A stretch of 32,000 nucleotides of DNA from assembly GCA_964475825.1 (NCBI GenBank), contig CAYYXT010000002.1:142790-174789 (forward strand). Direction: 5' to 3'. The translations under genes were made by a program, and so were the position numbers. The notes below the pieces were generated by a model, which was not told the DNA's origin, did no database searches, and saw nothing but the letters and a program-made list of their open reading frames with translations. Of this stretch, positions 7,766-16,180 are shown piece by piece. Numbering within the stretch: the first letter of the stretch is position 1; every line of letters starts with the position of its first letter. This DNA is from an uncultured Nitrosopumilaceae archaeon (lineage in GTDB: Archaea; Thermoproteota; Nitrososphaeria; Nitrososphaerales; Nitrosopumilaceae).

Positions 7766-7792
7766 CTGTTAGCTAGACCTAATCAACAATTC

Positions 7793-10003
7793 ATGAAATC
7801 CAAATTTTATTGGTATTCAATTATTGTTGTTTTGACCTTGAGTGTCTTTTCATTTACTAATGTTGGATATGCTCAAAATGAAGAAGAAAATTATACATCT
7901 ACTATCACAATCACAGGGATTGGCTTGGAGTTAACAAAACAGGCACTTTTGACCAACAACTATGTTTCTGCAGAAAAATATTCTGCTTTAACAAATAACT
8001 TCTATGGGAAACATATTCAATTTTTAAGAGCATTTAACTCTGATTTTTCAGACGAAGTTCATATTGGATTACTTGATCTACATTCAAGCATTTTGTCAAA
8101 ATCAGATTCTCAAGATTTGATTAATCAAATTAATCAACTCCAAGAAACATTGACCCTGATTCCTTCAGGTGGAAATTCAAACATCATCATAGTTTCTATC
8201 TTATCTGAAGCTGATGAGCAATATCAGATAGCAATACAAGATGATAATCCTGAATCATACTTTCTAACTTTGTCACTAATAGAACATTCAAAGCTTATTT
8301 TAGAACAAAATCCAACATCAGATAATCGTCTGAATCAAGAACTAGGTTCATTTTTTCATGATCTGGATGAATTAGTTTCAAATAAAAGTGACTTTATTGT
8401 TGTAGGAAATTTGATTACTGCAATACAGCGTGATTTGGTGCAAACAGAAACAATTACAATTAATAAAACAAATCTCTATGGTGTAATTCGAAATTTATAT
8501 TCTGAATTATTTACTGCAGTAAACTCCGGTGATTATTCAACTGCGGAAGAGATTGCAATTGAAGCATATCTTGAAAATTTTGAATACTTGGAATCTGATA
8601 TTGAAAAAGTCGATGAACCCTTACTATATTCATTAGAAATCAATATGCGTGAAAAACTTCGAGACATGATTGTACAAAAAGAGGATCCAAATACTATCAT
8701 CATGTTTATTGAAAACTCTATTTTGCCTGATTTAGCAAAAGCCGAAGCCATGACTAACGAACTCACTTCTGTTATTGATGCTAGTTCATCATCTGAAAAA
8801 GATCTGAAATCTATGGGCGATACATCAGAAGACCAAAAGTCTGGTGTGAAAAATGAGATTGATATAATTCGTGAGCGATTAGAGGAGACATTACTTCATT
8901 ATAGCCGTGGTGACATACAATCTGCTCATGCTACTGCAAGATCTGCATATCTTGACAGTTATGAGTTTGTGGAGATTCCTCTCAGAGCGATTGATCCTGA
9001 TTTTACCCTTGAGGTTGAATATCAGTTTGCAACACTACGTAATTTGATTAAACAAGAAGCACCTCAAGAAGAGATTCAAGATATTATAATTGACATTAGA
9101 AGAAATCTAGATGAATCTGAAAGGATAGTGAGTGGCATTGGCACTTTAGCTCCTTCAATTGCATTTACATCTTCATTTTCAATTATTTTTAGAGAAGGAT
9201 TGGAATCTGTTTTAATTCTTGGTTCTATACTGACATATCTTGAGGCCTCAAGAAATAATCAATTTAAAAAATATGTTTACTATGGAGTAATTGCAGCATT
9301 TGTTGCTACTGCTGTTACCTGGATTATTGCGTCTTTTATTATTGAAATTTCAGGGGCAAATCGTGAACTAATTGAAGCAATTGCAGCTTTATCTGCAACT
9401 GCTGTTTTGTTTTATGTCAGTTTCTGGGTTTTAAATAAAATTGAACACAAAAAATGGATGGAGTTCGTCAAAGCAAAAGTTTGGCAAGCTACCACAACTG
9501 GCAGTGTGATGGTATTTGTCATGCTGTCATTTTTTACTGTGTATAGGGAGGGATTTGAAACAGTTCTTTTCTATCAAGCAATGTCTGGCTTTGCAAAATA
9601 CATGGAAATCTATGTCGGATTAGGATTTATTGTTGGAATGATCTCTCTTTTCGGTTTGTATTTTGTAATGAGAAAGTTGGGAAGAAAACTACCTTTACGT
9701 GCTCTATTTGGGCTGACGATGGGTGTAGGTGCATATCTGTCTATTGCATTTTTTGGAAATGCTATTAGAGAACTTCAGATAATAGAAATTGTACCTTATA
9801 CCGGATTAATTGGAATTATACCTAGACTGGATATTAATCTGGCAATGATGACTGGAATTTATCCTACCTTGGAAACAATTATTGCCCAAGTAATATTACT
9901 TGGCGTTTATCTAGTTGCATCATCTTATATCCTGATATTGCGACCACGAAAAGAACTTCAACTGGTTTCTATGAGAAAGTCAAGGAATACTCCAGATGAA
10001 TAA
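7793..10003 (+). CDS. FTR1/EfeU-family high-affinity iron permease fused to an N-terminal extracytoplasmic helical domain of about 430 aa
   Basis: 736 aa. After the signal peptide comes a long soluble region, then a polytopic membrane half with the two RExxE iron-permease motifs (IFREGLESVLILG and VYREGFETVLFYQ). Confidence 0.9.
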   Translation: MKSKFYWYSIIVVLTLSVFSFTNVGYAQNEEENYTSTITITGIGLELTKQALLTNNYVSAEKYSALTNNFYGKHIQFLRAFNSDFSDEVHIGLLDLHSSILSKSDSQDLINQINQLQETLTLIPSGGNSNIIIVSILSEADEQYQIAIQDDNPESYFLTLSLIEHSKLILEQNPTSDNRLNQELGSFFHDLDELVSNKSDFIVVGNLITAIQRDLVQTETITINKTNLYGVIRNLYSELFTAVNSGDYSTAEEIAIEAYLENFEYLESDIEKVDEPLLYSLEINMREKLRDMIVQKEDPNTIIMFIENSILPDLAKAEAMTNELTSVIDASSSSEKDLKSMGDTSEDQKSGVKNEIDIIRERLEETLLHYSRGDIQSAHATARSAYLDSYEFVEIPLRAIDPDFTLEVEYQFATLRNLIKQEAPQEEIQDIIIDIRRNLDESERIVSGIGTLAPSIAFTSSFSIIFREGLESVLILGSILTYLEASRNNQFKKYVYYGVIAAFVATAVTWIIASFIIEISGANRELIEAIAALSATAVLFYVSFWVLNKIEHKKWMEFVKAKVWQATTTGSVMVFVMLSFFTVYREGFETVLFYQAMSGFAKYMEIYVGLGFIVGMISLFGLYFVMRKLGRKLPLRALFGLTMGVGAYLSIAFFGNAIRELQIIEIVPYTGLIGIIPRLDINLAMMTGIYPTLETIIAQVILLGVYLVASSYILILRPRKELQLVSMRKSRNTPDE

Positions 10004-12119
10004 TAAAAGACGGATTAGAGTTGGAATTGATGTTGGCGGAACTTTTACAAAAGCTGTTGCCATAGATGTAAAAACAGGCTCGCTTTTGGCAAAATCGACA
10101 GTTCCTACAACTCACAGTGCTGAAAAAGGAGTCTCTGAAGGTATTGTAACTGCATTAACAAAAATTATCGATGAAACCGGTATTGGAATTAACGAGATTG
10201 AATTGATCTCTCATAGCACTACTCAGGCAATTAACGCATTGTTGGAATCTGATACATCCACGGTTGGAATAATTGCAATGGGTGTGGGTCCTACAAAAAA
10301 AGATGTCATTAAAAGAACAAATCTACAAGATGCTTCAATTAACACTAATCAAGATATCAAAACAGTTCATGAATTTTTAGATACCTCTCATTTAATTACA
10401 GAAAATGAAGTTGCCAATACAATACATCGATTAAAAGAAAAAGGCGCTGAAGTAATTGTCGCAACGGAAGCCTTTGGAGTCGATGATCCGTCCAATGAAT
10501 TATTTGTTATGAATGTTGCATCTAAACAAAACATTCCTTCTACTGCATCTCATGAGATTTCTGGAATTTATGGATTGGAAATACGAACTCTGACTGCCGC
10601 TGTGAATGCTAGTGTTTTGCCAAAAACATTTCAAGTTGCAAATTACGTTGAGGATGCAATTCGTAAAACAGGAGTCACTGCACCGTTGATGATAATGAAA
10701 GGAGATGGCGGTGTTACTAGCATGGATACTTTTAGGACAAAACCAATCCTTACGATTCTTTCAGGACCCGCAGCAAGTGTGGCTGGTGCATTATTGCATC
10801 TTAAAGTAACTAATGGGATCTTTGTTGAGGTAGGTGGCACTAGCACCAATATTTGTATAATAAAAAACGGTAAACCTGAAATTCGTTATGTGACAGTAAA
10901 AGATCATCCTACATGCATTCGATCAATGGATGTTAGAATTTTGGGAGTAGCAGGTGGAAGTATGGTGGGATTGGATCAAAACAGAGTATCCCATGTAGGT
11001 CCGCGCAGTGCTCATATCGCTGGCCTCAAATATTCTTGCTTTGCAGATCCTGAAGATCTTAAAACTGGAAAAATAGTCTTGATTAAACCCATGTTAAACG
11101 ACAAATCAGAATATGTGGCAATAAAATGTGATAAAGAAACGTATGCTATTACCAACACATGTGCGGCAAATACATTAGGTATGATAGAAAAAGATGATTA
11201 TGCTTTTGCAAATCAAGAATCCGCAAAAATTGCTCTTAAGATTCTTGCAGAATTTGTAGGAGTTTCATATTACGAAATTGCTATGTCTATTATTCAAACT
11301 GCCTCATTTGAGATAACAAAAACCATCAGTAAAATCTTAAAAGAGTTCAAAATGAATCCCTCTAATACAATATTAATTGGTGGTGGTGGCGGTGCTTCTA
11401 TTCTTGTTCCATTTGTTGCAAAACAATTAGGAATTAAATATGAAAAAGCAGAACATGCTGAAGTAATTTCATCAATTGGTGTCGCGTCATCTATGCTTCA
11501 AGAAGAAATGGAGCAAACGATGGTTGAGCCAACACCTGAAAAAATTAATCAGGCTCATAAAAAAATTCACGCAATGTTAGTTAACAAAGGCGCAATTCCT
11601 GAATCTATTATGATAAACAGCGAATATGTTTCTGATAAATCGCTTCTTCGTGTAACTGCTGTAGGTAATGTTGAATTAGATAGTGCAGAAACTTCAAAAA
11701 ATGTCTTCACATTAGGTGATGCCAGAAAACGAGCAAGCGAGATTATTGAAATTTCTGAAGATTTAATTGATCTGAGTTATGAGACTGACCATTATTTTGT
11801 ATTTACTGGTCATATCGAAGTAAAAAAATTATTTAGCAAAAAAAACCAACACCATATTTTAATTTTAGACAGATATGGAAAACCAAAACTTTCGATAAAA
11901 AATGGCAAACTCTTTCAGGGTGGTAAAATCACAATATTGGAAGAACTGGATGAATATTTGGAATCAAGACACTCTGAAATTGCTCCAAAAGTATATCTCC
12001 TAAATGATCTAAAACTGGTGGATTATTCTAGTCTTATTACTTCATCTGATATTGTAGATGCTGTTAGAGGAGAACTTGGTGGTTCTGAAAAAGCGGCAGT
12101 ACTGATAGAACTCGATTAA
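9996..12119 (+). CDS. Hydantoinase/oxoprolinase (HyuA-like, ASKHA ATPase) family protein
   Basis: 707 aa. Family motifs are IRVGIDVGGTFTKAV at the N-terminus, LSGPAASVAGALL, VEVGGTSTNICII and GGGGGASILVP. The start overlaps the FTR1 stop by 8 nt (ATGAATAA). Confidence 0.85.
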   Translation: MNNKRRIRVGIDVGGTFTKAVAIDVKTGSLLAKSTVPTTHSAEKGVSEGIVTALTKIIDETGIGINEIELISHSTTQAINALLESDTSTVGIIAMGVGPTKKDVIKRTNLQDASINTNQDIKTVHEFLDTSHLITENEVANTIHRLKEKGAEVIVATEAFGVDDPSNELFVMNVASKQNIPSTASHEISGIYGLEIRTLTAAVNASVLPKTFQVANYVEDAIRKTGVTAPLMIMKGDGGVTSMDTFRTKPILTILSGPAASVAGALLHLKVTNGIFVEVGGTSTNICIIKNGKPEIRYVTVKDHPTCIRSMDVRILGVAGGSMVGLDQNRVSHVGPRSAHIAGLKYSCFADPEDLKTGKIVLIKPMLNDKSEYVAIKCDKETYAITNTCAANTLGMIEKDDYAFANQESAKIALKILAEFVGVSYYEIAMSIIQTASFEITKTISKILKEFKMNPSNTILIGGGGGASILVPFVAKQLGIKYEKAEHAEVISSIGVASSMLQEEMEQTMVEPTPEKINQAHKKIHAMLVNKGAIPESIMINSEYVSDKSLLRVTAVGNVELDSAETSKNVFTLGDARKRASEIIEISEDLIDLSYETDHYFVFTGHIEVKKLFSKKNQHHILILDRYGKPKLSIKNGKLFQGGKITILEELDEYLESRHSEIAPKVYLLNDLKLVDYSSLITSSDIVDAVRGELGGSEKAAVLIELD

Positions 12120-12122
12120 TTC

Positions 12123-12128
12123 TTTTTT
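12123..12128 (+). terminator. Oligo-T run (T6) 3 nt after the hydantoinase-like stop
   Basis: TAATTCTTTTTTAT read directly. This is a typical archaeal oligo-dT termination signal. Confidence 0.35.
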
Positions 12129-12231
12129 ATACCCGTTTTATTCAAAAAATCTCAATTTTGAAACAATTGGCCTTTGATCGATACATTTTTTGACTCTGGT
12201 ACTTCTAATTGCACACAATTTCGATAATACT

Positions 12232-12333
12232 ATGAGTTGTAAGATTGGATTTATTCACAGTTTTTCATATTTTGCCATCCAAGATAAGAAGATGTGTATT
12301 AATTGCGGAATAGAAGAAAGCAATAATAATTAA
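12232..12333 (+). CDS. Candidate 33-aa micro-ORF (MSCKIGFIHSFSYFAIQDKKMCINCGIEESNNN)
   Basis: Hand-translated ATG to TAA. It contains one CxxC plus one N-terminal Cys. It ends 18 nt before the next gene, and no clear TATA box is present. Confidence 0.15.
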   Translation: MSCKIGFIHSFSYFAIQDKKMCINCGIEESNNN

Positions 12334-12351
12334 TCATTTAATTTTGAATAC

Positions 12352-12849
12352 ATGAGTTATTGGATTTTTCTTATTTTACCTCTTTTGATTTTTACCACTC
12401 CAATTTTTGCACAAACTCCTACATTTGATGAACTTTCTAATTCTTCACAATATGTTTTAGAAATTGATGAACACATTTATTCTATTTCTTATGTTGTAAA
12501 TGCAGATATTATTGCAATGAATATTGATCCTGAATCAACATCATTGCTTATTGGCTTGGACAATACTTATGATTCTCAATTTTTTATTGGCTTGGAACAT
12601 GAATTGATCAATGCACAAAATAATGAATTTGTAATTTTGGTTAATGGACAAGAGGTAGATTATGAAATAACATCTGATTCTAACAGTTCCACATTTGCTT
12701 TCTTTGTACCTACCGGTGCTGAAGAAGTTGAAATTATTGGAACTCATGCAATTCCAGAATTTCCAATTGGCGCCATTTTTGGGTTTGCAGTGATGATTTC
12801 ATCTATTATGATTTTTGCAAAGGTGAAAGCACCTTTTTTTAAGTTGTAA
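12352..12849 (+). CDS. Small secreted protein with a PEF-type C-terminal sorting signal (PEFP variant)
   Basis: 165 aa with signal peptide MSYWIFLILPLLIFTTPIFAQ. The C-terminus GTHAIPEFPIGAIFGFAVMISSIMIFAKVKAPFFKL consists of PEF(P), a TM helix and a basic tail. Confidence 0.7.
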   Translation: MSYWIFLILPLLIFTTPIFAQTPTFDELSNSSQYVLEIDEHIYSISYVVNADIIAMNIDPESTSLLIGLDNTYDSQFFIGLEHELINAQNNEFVILVNGQEVDYEITSDSNSSTFAFFVPTGAEEVEIIGTHAIPEFPIGAIFGFAVMISSIMIFAKVKAPFFKL

Positions 12850-13864
12850 TTTTATCTAGTTGATTTGTTTCTTTTGCAGTTTTTACTTCACGTGCTATTC
12901 TTTTACCCATACTCATAGGCTCATTAAAAAGCAATGAATAGTATGGTGAGCCATCCATGTAGATATTTGTTCCTGCCACAATTCTAGCTGAAAATTCAAA
13001 TGATGTGAACTTTGCATTCTCATCATAAACTCCTTCAATACAAAACGGTCCATTCATTCCAGGTGCCACCATTCTTTTTGCTGCATCTACAAAATTATCT
13101 CCCATGGCATACACCTCATCTAGTAATGACTCTCTTAGAACTATTGGACTGTTTCCAATCACGTTAAATGATGGAACCTTGTTGCTTTTGAGCTGCTGCT
13201 CTGATGGAATTCTGGCAATGCTTTCAATGTCTGATTCGTGTCTCTGATCAGCACCAAAAAATTCCAGTTCTTCTTTTAGAGGGGAATAAAAGAATTGTAA
13301 ATATGCCAAAACACCTGCAGCATACTCTTGAATGTAAAGTGTCTCTTCTTTGGAGATCACTCCTTGTGAAATCAGTTGATTCCTTTTTTTATTATAATCA
13401 TCTTGATTAGCTGCCAAAAAATATCCTTTACCGCCGGCAGCTCCTTGCCTTTTTACAATTACAAGCTTGTCTATATCCCTTGAATCTAACACTGATTTTG
13501 GAACTGGAAGTTTTGCCTCTCGCATAAGTTTTTCTTTCATGATTCTGTCTGATTCCCATCTTAGGATCCACTTGTTTCCAAAAATTGGAGTCTTGATTGA
13601 TTCAATTTGTTCAGAACTCATTTGTGCAATTAAAGTTCCGTGAGGAATCAATACTGCATCATTTTGCTCTAAAATAGATTGATATTTTTGCTCTAATATC
13701 TCTGCAAACGAATCTACTAAGATTAATTCATCAATAAACGAAAATCTACGGTATAATCTTTCTCGTTTTTTCTCACAAACTAGAATTGTTTTTAGACCTT
13801 CATCTTTGGCACCTTTGAGAACTTGTAGGGCACAATGAGATCCTAAGGTTGCTATTGCCGTCAA
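12839..13864 (-). CDS. purP: FAICAR synthetase (5-formaminoimidazole-4-carboxamide ribonucleotide synthetase), archaeal PurP
   Basis: 341 aa from a TTG start. The N-terminus IATLGSHCALQVLKGAKDEGLKT and the ATP-grasp-like body are typical of PurP. Its 3' end overlaps the convergent 12352..12849 gene by 11 nt. Confidence 0.9.
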   Translation of the reverse strand: MTAIATLGSHCALQVLKGAKDEGLKTILVCEKKRERLYRRFSFIDELILVDSFAEILEQKYQSILEQNDAVLIPHGTLIAQMSSEQIESIKTPIFGNKWILRWESDRIMKEKLMREAKLPVPKSVLDSRDIDKLVIVKRQGAAGGKGYFLAANQDDYNKKRNQLISQGVISKEETLYIQEYAAGVLAYLQFFYSPLKEELEFFGADQRHESDIESIARIPSEQQLKSNKVPSFNVIGNSPIVLRESLLDEVYAMGDNFVDAAKRMVAPGMNGPFCIEGVYDENAKFTSFEFSARIVAGTNIYMDGSPYYSLLFNEPMSMGKRIAREVKTAKETNQLDKITT

Positions 13865-13892
13865 TGTGATATATGTTCTACTTTATCGTACT

Positions 13893-14102
13893 TTATGAAC
13901 TATGTGTGGATGATACGTATTGAAATACCTCATCAATTAATTCTACACTTAATTCTGATTTGATATCTTCTGGAATTACCTTTAATACAAAATCATACAT
14001 GTTTGTATTTTTTGGGAGACTTCCTCTTTTCTGGTATAATGAATATACTGCAATCCCATTTGATATTAATGCAATGATCTTTTCTTTGTTTGTCAGAGAC
14101 AT
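13893..14102 (-). CDS. Hypothetical 69-aa protein
   Basis: An ORF on the same strand as purP and 28 nt upstream of it. No recognisable motif. Confidence 0.35.
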   Translation of the reverse strand: MSLTNKEKIIALISNGIAVYSLYQKRGSLPKNTNMYDFVLKVIPEDIKSELSVELIDEVFQYVSSTHSS

Positions 14103-14519
14103 TGTTTATCTAACTTACTTGTACTAATTTAATGTAAATCAAAAAATGTGTTGTTTTAGAAATTATAGAATTGATTCACTCAGATCTGCTTTAATATGCA
14201 ATACTTGTGTTGTTTGCTTGATTATTGAGAACCTCTAATTCTATTAATTCACCATGTCCTTCTGCGATTTTTTCACGCGGTTCTTGTGATGCGTAATAGC
14301 CAACAAAGATCGTTGCAATGATAAAGATTGCAATTACTAATCATAATAATAGATCCAACTTATTCTAGACTGAAATATTTTTTGATGATAAATGTTACTT
14401 TTTTATTGGTTTTGGTGTTACAGATTACAAAAACTAATGATTATGCACAAAATTTCTAAATAAATAATAATTGATGATTTAATCTTTCTAAAAATTATGG
14501 CATCATTAGCATAATTTAG

Positions 14520-14525
14520 AAAAAA
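14520..14525 (-). terminator. Oligo-T run (T6 on the minus strand) 15 nt after the 47-aa micro-ORF
   Basis: The plus strand reads AAAAAA at 14520..14525. An imperfect hairpin follows (TTCTAAAAATTAT at 14486-14498 pairing with ATAATTTAGAA at 14511-14521). Confidence 0.3.
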
Positions 14526-14540
14526 GAGAATAAAATCTGA

Positions 14541-14684
14541 TTAATTAGATTTTTTCAAACCCCATTTAAGGGCGAATTCTTCTTTGGTGATTGGGATTCT
14601 TGATTTACATTTTACACATCTACGGAATTTAGTGTACTTGGAAAATCTCCAAACATGAGGTTCACTTTTTTCATGGCAGTTCAT
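14541..14684 (-). CDS. Candidate 47-aa zinc-ribbon-like basic microprotein
   Basis: Hand translation gives MNCHEKSEPHVWRFSKYTKFRRCVKCKSRIPITKEEFALKWGLKKSN. C3/H4(H10) and C23xxC26 could form a 4-ligand Zn site. A TAAATA box lies about 27 nt upstream of the ATG and an oligo-T tract follows the stop. It is below the 60-aa cut-off of the ORF track. Confidence 0.4.
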   Translation of the reverse strand: MNCHEKSEPHVWRFSKYTKFRRCVKCKSRIPITKEEFALKWGLKKSN

Positions 14685-14844
14685 ATTTTTGTATCCACTT
14701 ACTAGTATTTAGGAAAACAATCATTCCCAATGAACAAATTTGGTTCTGAATAAATTATGAGTGACTCTAGACTCATATGGGCAGTGACATGGAATACTTT
14801 TTCCCAAAAATTAATTACACCATAGGACAGCAATTTAGTAAATT

Positions 14845-16155
14845 ATGATAAAAACAGAGCTTGGAACATTACGTAGATCTCACTATTCTGATGAATTGAG
14901 TCCTTCAATGGATGGTACGGAGGTTACTGTGATGGGTTGGGTCTTGACAATAAGGGGACATGGTAACATTAGTTTTGCTACAATTAGAGACAAGAATGGA
15001 GACATTCCAATTGTTGCCAAAAAAGGAGATTGTCCTGACGAACTACGCGAAAAACTATCTGCCCTAAAGGCACATTCTTCTATTGCAATTATTGGCAAGA
15101 TTAAATCTTCTGAAAAAGCCCCTACTGGATTTGAGATTATTCCCACCGAACTTCGAGTATTCTCAGATGTTGAAAAAATTCCTCCCTTTGAACCTTTAGC
15201 AAAGACTGTCAAAAATATAGATACTAGATTAGAGGTGCGACCAATTGATCTTAGACGTAAACCATTACAGCATATTTTCAATGCAAGAAGCCAGGTACTC
15301 AAATCAATTAGAGATTATTTTTATCAACAAAACTTTATAGAAATCAACACCCCAAAAATGATAGCAACTGCAACTGAAGGTGGTGCTGCATTATTTGCTA
15401 TATTTTATTACAATAAAGAGGCGTTTTTAGCTCAAAGTCCACAATTGTACAAAGAACAATTGACTATGAGTTTTGAGAAAGTTTTTGAAATTGGACCTAT
15501 TTTTAGGGCAGAACCCTCAAGAACTAATCGTCATTTGGCAGAAGCAATATCCATTGATTTGGAAGAAGCCTTTGTTGATTACAATGATGTGATGAATAGA
15601 ATTGAAGAGATAATAAAAATATCAATTAACTCTGTGAGTGATTATGCAAAAAACAATCCAGACGTTGAGTTTATTATTCCCACAATCCCTGAACACATTC
15701 CAAGATACTCTTATGATGAATTGGTAGAAAAAATGCAAAAAGTAGGTGTCAAAATTGAATGGGGTGATGATCTTTACCCTTCAAATCTTAAGAAGATTGG
15801 TGTAGAGGGATTTTATTTTATCAAAGATTGGCCTTTAGGTCCTAAGCCATTTTACGTAAAAGATAGCAAAACAAATCCAAAAATTTCTGAATCATTTGAT
15901 TTGATGTTTGGAGATTTAGAACTATCTTCTGGCAGTACAAGAATTGAGAAACGACATGAGATTGAAGAGAGAATGAAAAATAAAGGAATGAAGACTGATG
16001 CATTTGAGTATCATTTAGGAGCATTTGATTATGGTGTACCTCCTCACGCTGGGTGCGGTATTGGTTTAGAGCGACTCATTATGGCCCTTACAGGCACAGA
16101 AAACATCAGAGATGTCACATTTTATCCAAGAGATGTTGACAGACTTACGCCCTAG
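14845..16155 (+). CDS. aspS: Aspartyl-tRNA synthetase, archaeal type (probably non-discriminating)
   Basis: 436 aa with an N-terminal OB anticodon-binding domain. Class II motif 2 is FRAEPSRTNRHLAE and motif 3 is GCGIGLERL. The non-discriminating call is an inference from the neighbouring gatCAB. Confidence 0.95.
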   Translation: MIKTELGTLRRSHYSDELSPSMDGTEVTVMGWVLTIRGHGNISFATIRDKNGDIPIVAKKGDCPDELREKLSALKAHSSIAIIGKIKSSEKAPTGFEIIPTELRVFSDVEKIPPFEPLAKTVKNIDTRLEVRPIDLRRKPLQHIFNARSQVLKSIRDYFYQQNFIEINTPKMIATATEGGAALFAIFYYNKEAFLAQSPQLYKEQLTMSFEKVFEIGPIFRAEPSRTNRHLAEAISIDLEEAFVDYNDVMNRIEEIIKISINSVSDYAKNNPDVEFIIPTIPEHIPRYSYDELVEKMQKVGVKIEWGDDLYPSNLKKIGVEGFYFIKDWPLGPKPFYVKDSKTNPKISESFDLMFGDLELSSGSTRIEKRHEIEERMKNKGMKTDAFEYHLGAFDYGVPPHAGCGIGLERLIMALTGTENIRDVTFYPRDVDRLTP

Positions 16156-16164
16156 TTTACAACA

Positions 16165-16171
16165 TTTTTTT
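16165..16171 (+). terminator. Oligo-T run (T7) 9 nt after the aspS stop
   Basis: TAGTTTACAACATTTTTTTAAC read directly. Confidence 0.35.
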
Positions 16172-16180
16172 AACACATTG

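Noticed and set aside
14472-14539. Candidate C/D-box sRNA (UGAUGA at 14472-14477 and CUGA at 14536-14539, with AATT terminal pairing)
   Set aside because: No internal D'/C' boxes are present, and the spacing of about 58 nt between boxes without a second box pair is atypical. It overlaps the terminator region of the 47-aa ORF. Such box-like hexamers are common in AT-rich DNA.
14883-15302. 139-aa minus-strand ORF inside aspS
   Set aside because: It is antisense to an unambiguous class II aaRS gene and has no independent support.
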